From positions 1-60,760 of the IMG/VR virus record IMGVR_UViG_3300030060_000709: 60,760 nt of DNA, one strand, 5' to 3'. The notes under the pieces are model-generated. The model saw only the letters and a list, made by a program, of their open reading frames with translations, was not told where the DNA came from and searched no databases. Both the position numbers and the translations under genes were made by a program. Source of the DNA: a virus. Taxonomy: Duplodnaviria; Caudoviricetes. Of the stretch, positions 58,855 through 60,760 are shown one piece after another. How positions within the stretch are numbered: position 1 is the first letter of the stretch; every line of letters starts with the position of its first letter.

Positions 58855-59850
58855 ATGGCAATTTTAGGTGCGAAAGATCAATCAAGTGTGCTACCGAGAT
58901 TTATTTTTCAAACAAGCCTAACTTGGGCTTGTCCAGTTGCTATGGAAGCTATTGTTTATGTGATTGGTGCTGGGGGAAGTGGTGGTCATGTAGGATTTAG
59001 TCAGAACGCAGCAAAGACTTGTAACGGAGGAGGTGCTGGTGGTTGCGCTATTTCTAGGTTAAGTTTTTCTGCACAAAATTACACTGTGACCATAGGTTCA
59101 GGAGGTGCAAGAACAGACGGAAATAATAATGGTTCTGCTGGTAATGCAGGAGGAAACTCTGTTTTTTCAGGAACTGGTATTGACACGATGACAGGGAATG
59201 GTGGAGGTGCAGGTAATTATGGTAGTGGAGTTTCTGCTGTAGCTGGAGGTTCGGCTTCAGGCGGCAATATTTCTAACAATACAGGTGGAGGAAGTCCTCT
59301 TGCACAAAATTTAAATAATAGTTGTGGAGGTGGAGGAGTAAACTTTGGAACGGCTGCAAGTCAGGTTGATGGAATGGCATCATTGGCTATGTTTGGATCT
59401 AATTCTGCTTATGCTTATATTCCGGGCGGATCTATGAGAGGTACACTTGGAACGGGTAATAATGGTACTCAATATCATTTAGATAAAACAAACGGTTATG
59501 ACGGACGAAATGCAATGCTCGGTTTTGATTTGTTCAATATAAGAATGCATCATGGATTTGATGATCTCTCTTCTAATGACACTCTGAATACTTCGGGTGT
59601 TATGGGAGGGGATAAACGACAATATTTTTACTACAATAGTTCAAGTCAAGTAACCTTTGCTCAAGCACCTCCTTTTGAAGGTGGTTTTAGTGGGGCTGCA
59701 TCTTATGGTAATAGCACTACAGTTCGTGGTAGTGCTGGAGGTGTGGGCGCAGGTGGTGGTGCATTTACTAATAATAGTAATGGAGGCACTACCTATTCAG
59801 GGCCGGGCGGTTCAGGTTTAGTAATGATCTTTCCAATTACAATGGGGTAA
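58855..59850 (+). CDS. Glycine-rich tail fibre / receptor-binding protein
   Basis: VIGAGGSGG, GGGAGG, YTVTIGSGG, GGSGLVMI glycine-rich domain. Confidence 0.7.
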   Translation: MAILGAKDQSSVLPRFIFQTSLTWACPVAMEAIVYVIGAGGSGGHVGFSQNAAKTCNGGGAGGCAISRLSFSAQNYTVTIGSGGARTDGNNNGSAGNAGGNSVFSGTGIDTMTGNGGGAGNYGSGVSAVAGGSASGGNISNNTGGGSPLAQNLNNSCGGGGVNFGTAASQVDGMASLAMFGSNSAYAYIPGGSMRGTLGTGNNGTQYHLDKTNGYDGRNAMLGFDLFNIRMHHGFDDLSSNDTLNTSGVMGGDKRQYFYYNSSSQVTFAQAPPFEGGFSGAASYGNSTTVRGSAGGVGAGGGAFTNNSNGGTTYSGPGGSGLVMIFPITMG

Positions 59851-59854
59851 AAAT

Positions 59855-60172
59855 ATGTCTGTCTATAAGGTTTATAAAGATACTGACCCGGCTGGAAAAT
59901 TTAATGAAATATTGGCTGATGAAAATTTTGTAAAAGAAAATTACTCTTCTGATGGTTGGTCTTATGAGCTAATAAAAGAATCTGGGCCAACTCAAGATAA
60001 AATTAATTTAGAAGCTAGAATTTGGAGAGATCAAGAGCTTGCAAACACAGACAACATAGCTCAAACACCTGACTTCCCTAACCGCGATGTTTGGTTGTCT
60101 TATAGAAAAGAACTTCGCGATTGGCCTACAACTTCAAGTTTTCCTAATACCAAACCGTCTAAACCAGCGTAA
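59855..60172 (+). CDS. Tail fibre assembly chaperone-like protein (paralog of 58552-58851)
   Basis: ARIWRD.EL..TD...YRKELRDWP...FP..KP. Confidence 0.7.
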   Translation: MSVYKVYKDTDPAGKFNEILADENFVKENYSSDGWSYELIKESGPTQDKINLEARIWRDQELANTDNIAQTPDFPNRDVWLSYRKELRDWPTTSSFPNTKPSKPA

Positions 60173-60181
60173 GGAGTTATT

Positions 60182-60478
60182 ATGGAAATTAAACTTTCTA
60201 GTCTAATAAACCTTGCCCCAGCGTTACTGGTCGGTGCTGGTTTAATTGCAAGCTACACAACACTCGAAGCACAGTCTCAGGAAAACGCAGAGGACATCAG
60301 TGAGCTTAGTGAGCAAGTCGATGAAATCGAGGATGAAGTAAATCAACTGCAAAACCAAATGACACGTTCCGAGATCATTCAACAAAACACCGCAGAAGAT
60401 TTGAGCGATGTTAAAGCAGATACGAAAGTTATACTCAACCTTCTCCAACAAAATCAAAGACGGTCTACAACGGACTAA
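60182..60478 (+). CDS. Membrane-anchored coiled-coil protein (possible lysis accessory)
   Basis: N-terminal hydrophobic helix followed by heptad coiled coil. Confidence 0.55.
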   Translation: MEIKLSSLINLAPALLVGAGLIASYTTLEAQSQENAEDISELSEQVDEIEDEVNQLQNQMTRSEIIQQNTAEDLSDVKADTKVILNLLQQNQRRSTTD

Positions 60479-60479
60479 C

Positions 60480-60665
60480 ATGCCTACCGTCAAGGAAGCC
60501 ATTGCACAGATCGAGGTTCACGAGAAGGAATGTGCGCTCCGATATTCTGCCATAGAACAACGCCTAGAGTCAGGATCTAAAAGATTTGACAAATTAGAGC
60601 TAATGTTATGGAGTATGTATCCGTTTATTATAACTGTGGCGGCAGTTTTTAAATGGGTTGGTTAA
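60480..60665 (+). CDS. Small coiled-coil protein with C-terminal TM helix (XhlA/holin-like)
   Basis: HEKECALRY...RL..GSKRFDKLE + hydrophobic tail. Confidence 0.55.
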   Translation: MPTVKEAIAQIEVHEKECALRYSAIEQRLESGSKRFDKLELMLWSMYPFIITVAAVFKWVG

Positions 60666-60760
60666 ATGGAAATCATAGTTTTTGCGTTGATGGTGCAACT
60701 TGCGCCAGAACAAGACGAGCGAGTGGCAAGCTATTGGATTAATCAAAAACAATGTGTGCA

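Noticed and set aside
1-60760. tRNA/rRNA genes, integrase, reverse transcriptase/DGR
   Set aside because: No cloverleaf, recombinase or RT motifs recognised by eye; tail-fibre repeats are tandem coding repeats, not a TR/VR pair.

Overview
The window is most or all of a ~61 kb tailed dsDNA phage genome (podovirus-like layout, no integrase or RNA polymerase recognised), apparently opened inside the lysis module. Plus strand 1-19.6 kb: holin end, lysozyme, tail/stabilisation protein and very large internal virion (ejection-type) proteins. Minus strand 19.6-39.6 kb: replication genes (primase-helicase, SSB-like genes, SNF2 helicase, PD-(D/E)XK nuclease, family A DNA polymerase, VRR-NUC) and an early region (VWA/metallopeptidase, AAA ATPase, DUF3150-like). 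Plus strand 39.9-60.7 kb: terminase, portal, GroES-like protein, scaffold, capsid, connector and tail-fibre genes. The standout locus is 30677-32419 (minus). A 287-aa protein related to the IS110/Nop RNA-binding fold, with no nuclease domain, is followed 3 bp after its stop by 24 units of two alternating 9-nt repeats (AGCGAGTCA and AGAAAACCA) separated by variable 9-nt (three 10-nt) spacers. This fits a phage-encoded, nuclease-less TIGR-Tas (TasA-type) RNA-guided system. Also notable: six copies of a 25-bp palindrome across the early region, several candidate structured RNAs, and an iteron-like AT-rich region. All protein calls come from motifs recognised by eye; no searches were run.
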